Below the pieces are notes generated by a model. That model had not been told where the DNA came from. It searched no databases and was given only the letters and a program-made list of their open reading frames with translations. Below, one piece after another: positions 63,653-64,000 of a stretch of DNA of 64,000 bases (the first letter of the stretch is position 1; each line of letters begins with the position of its first letter). The stretch lies in sequence record MW822008.1; one strand, given 5' to 3'. The translations under genes were made by a program, and so were the position numbers.

Positions 63653-63954
63653 ATTTAAATGATATACAATTCACTTATAAGATCCTATATGATTTGTATG
63701 ATGTATACCTTGTTAGTAACAACATAGGTTCACATAACCGATCCAAAGAACAACCATTTATTGATTTATATATTGAGTACTTAGATTCAGTAGGTGAATA
63801 TATAAAAAAGAATTACAGTACTTTTATCGATGGAAATGATAAATTCGATTTCTATGGTGTACAATCATATAATGGTATAATCCATGTTCAATTTCAGGAA
63901 ATAACCGATAGGGGATTTATCGAGATTAAAGTTGTGAAGTTGGTGAATTTATAA
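63643..63954 (+). CDS. Family C paralog
   Basis: LNDIQFTYKILYDL. Confidence 0.8.
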   Translation: MGLNLNDIQFTYKILYDLYDVYLVSNNIGSHNRSKEQPFIDLYIEYLDSVGEYIKKNYSTFIDGNDKFDFYGVQSYNGIIHVQFQEITDRGFIEIKVVKLVNL

Positions 63955-63964
63955 GAGGTTACAT

Positions 63965-64000
63965 ATGTTATTAAATGATATACAATTCACATACAAATTT
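63965..64000 (+). CDS. Family C paralog, truncated by window end
   Basis: MLLNDIQFTYKF; GAGG RBS. Confidence 0.7.
   Translation, partial: MLLNDIQFTYKF

Noticed and set aside
1-64000. tRNA, rRNA, integrase, transposase or structural genes
   Set aside because: No cloverleaf/T-loop signatures or recognisable motifs seen by eye; a tRNAscan-SE run would be the definitive check.

Overview
This window looks like the left ~64 kb of a large AT-rich lytic enterobacterial phage. It resembles the Asteriusvirus / GAP32-RaK2-type jumbo myophages, but that placement is from recollection and is not verified here. All credible protein genes are on the + strand. There are four zones. (1) 1-1700 is non-coding, with hairpins, an 8-bp tandem array and promoter-driven short RNAs, and is probably the genome end. 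(2) 1700-20450 is a higher-GC early region, probably the long terminal repeat. About 55 small genes there are mostly fused to a repeated sigma70 promoter + stem-loop + RBS cassette; they include a DksA/TraR zinc finger, a protein kinase, an H-NS-like and a ParE/RelE-like protein. It also holds two multicopy families of non-coding transcription units (11 and 3 copies) and 10 Chi sites. (3) 21175-56040 is AT-rich and holds two very large paralog arrays: family A (31 copies, LGT[N/D][Y/F]QE) and family B (~52 copies, C-terminal EE[Y/L]FQxS[L/T]V module), with visible duplication scars. (4) 56083-64000 holds singletons (phage Dam-type methyltransferase, HIGH-type nucleotidyltransferase), a ~500-nt ORF-less GC-rich structured segment, and the start of a third array. 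The palindrome AGTACT is strongly over-represented throughout. I found no tRNA, rRNA, CRISPR array, integrase or transposase. All counts and coordinates were made by eye.
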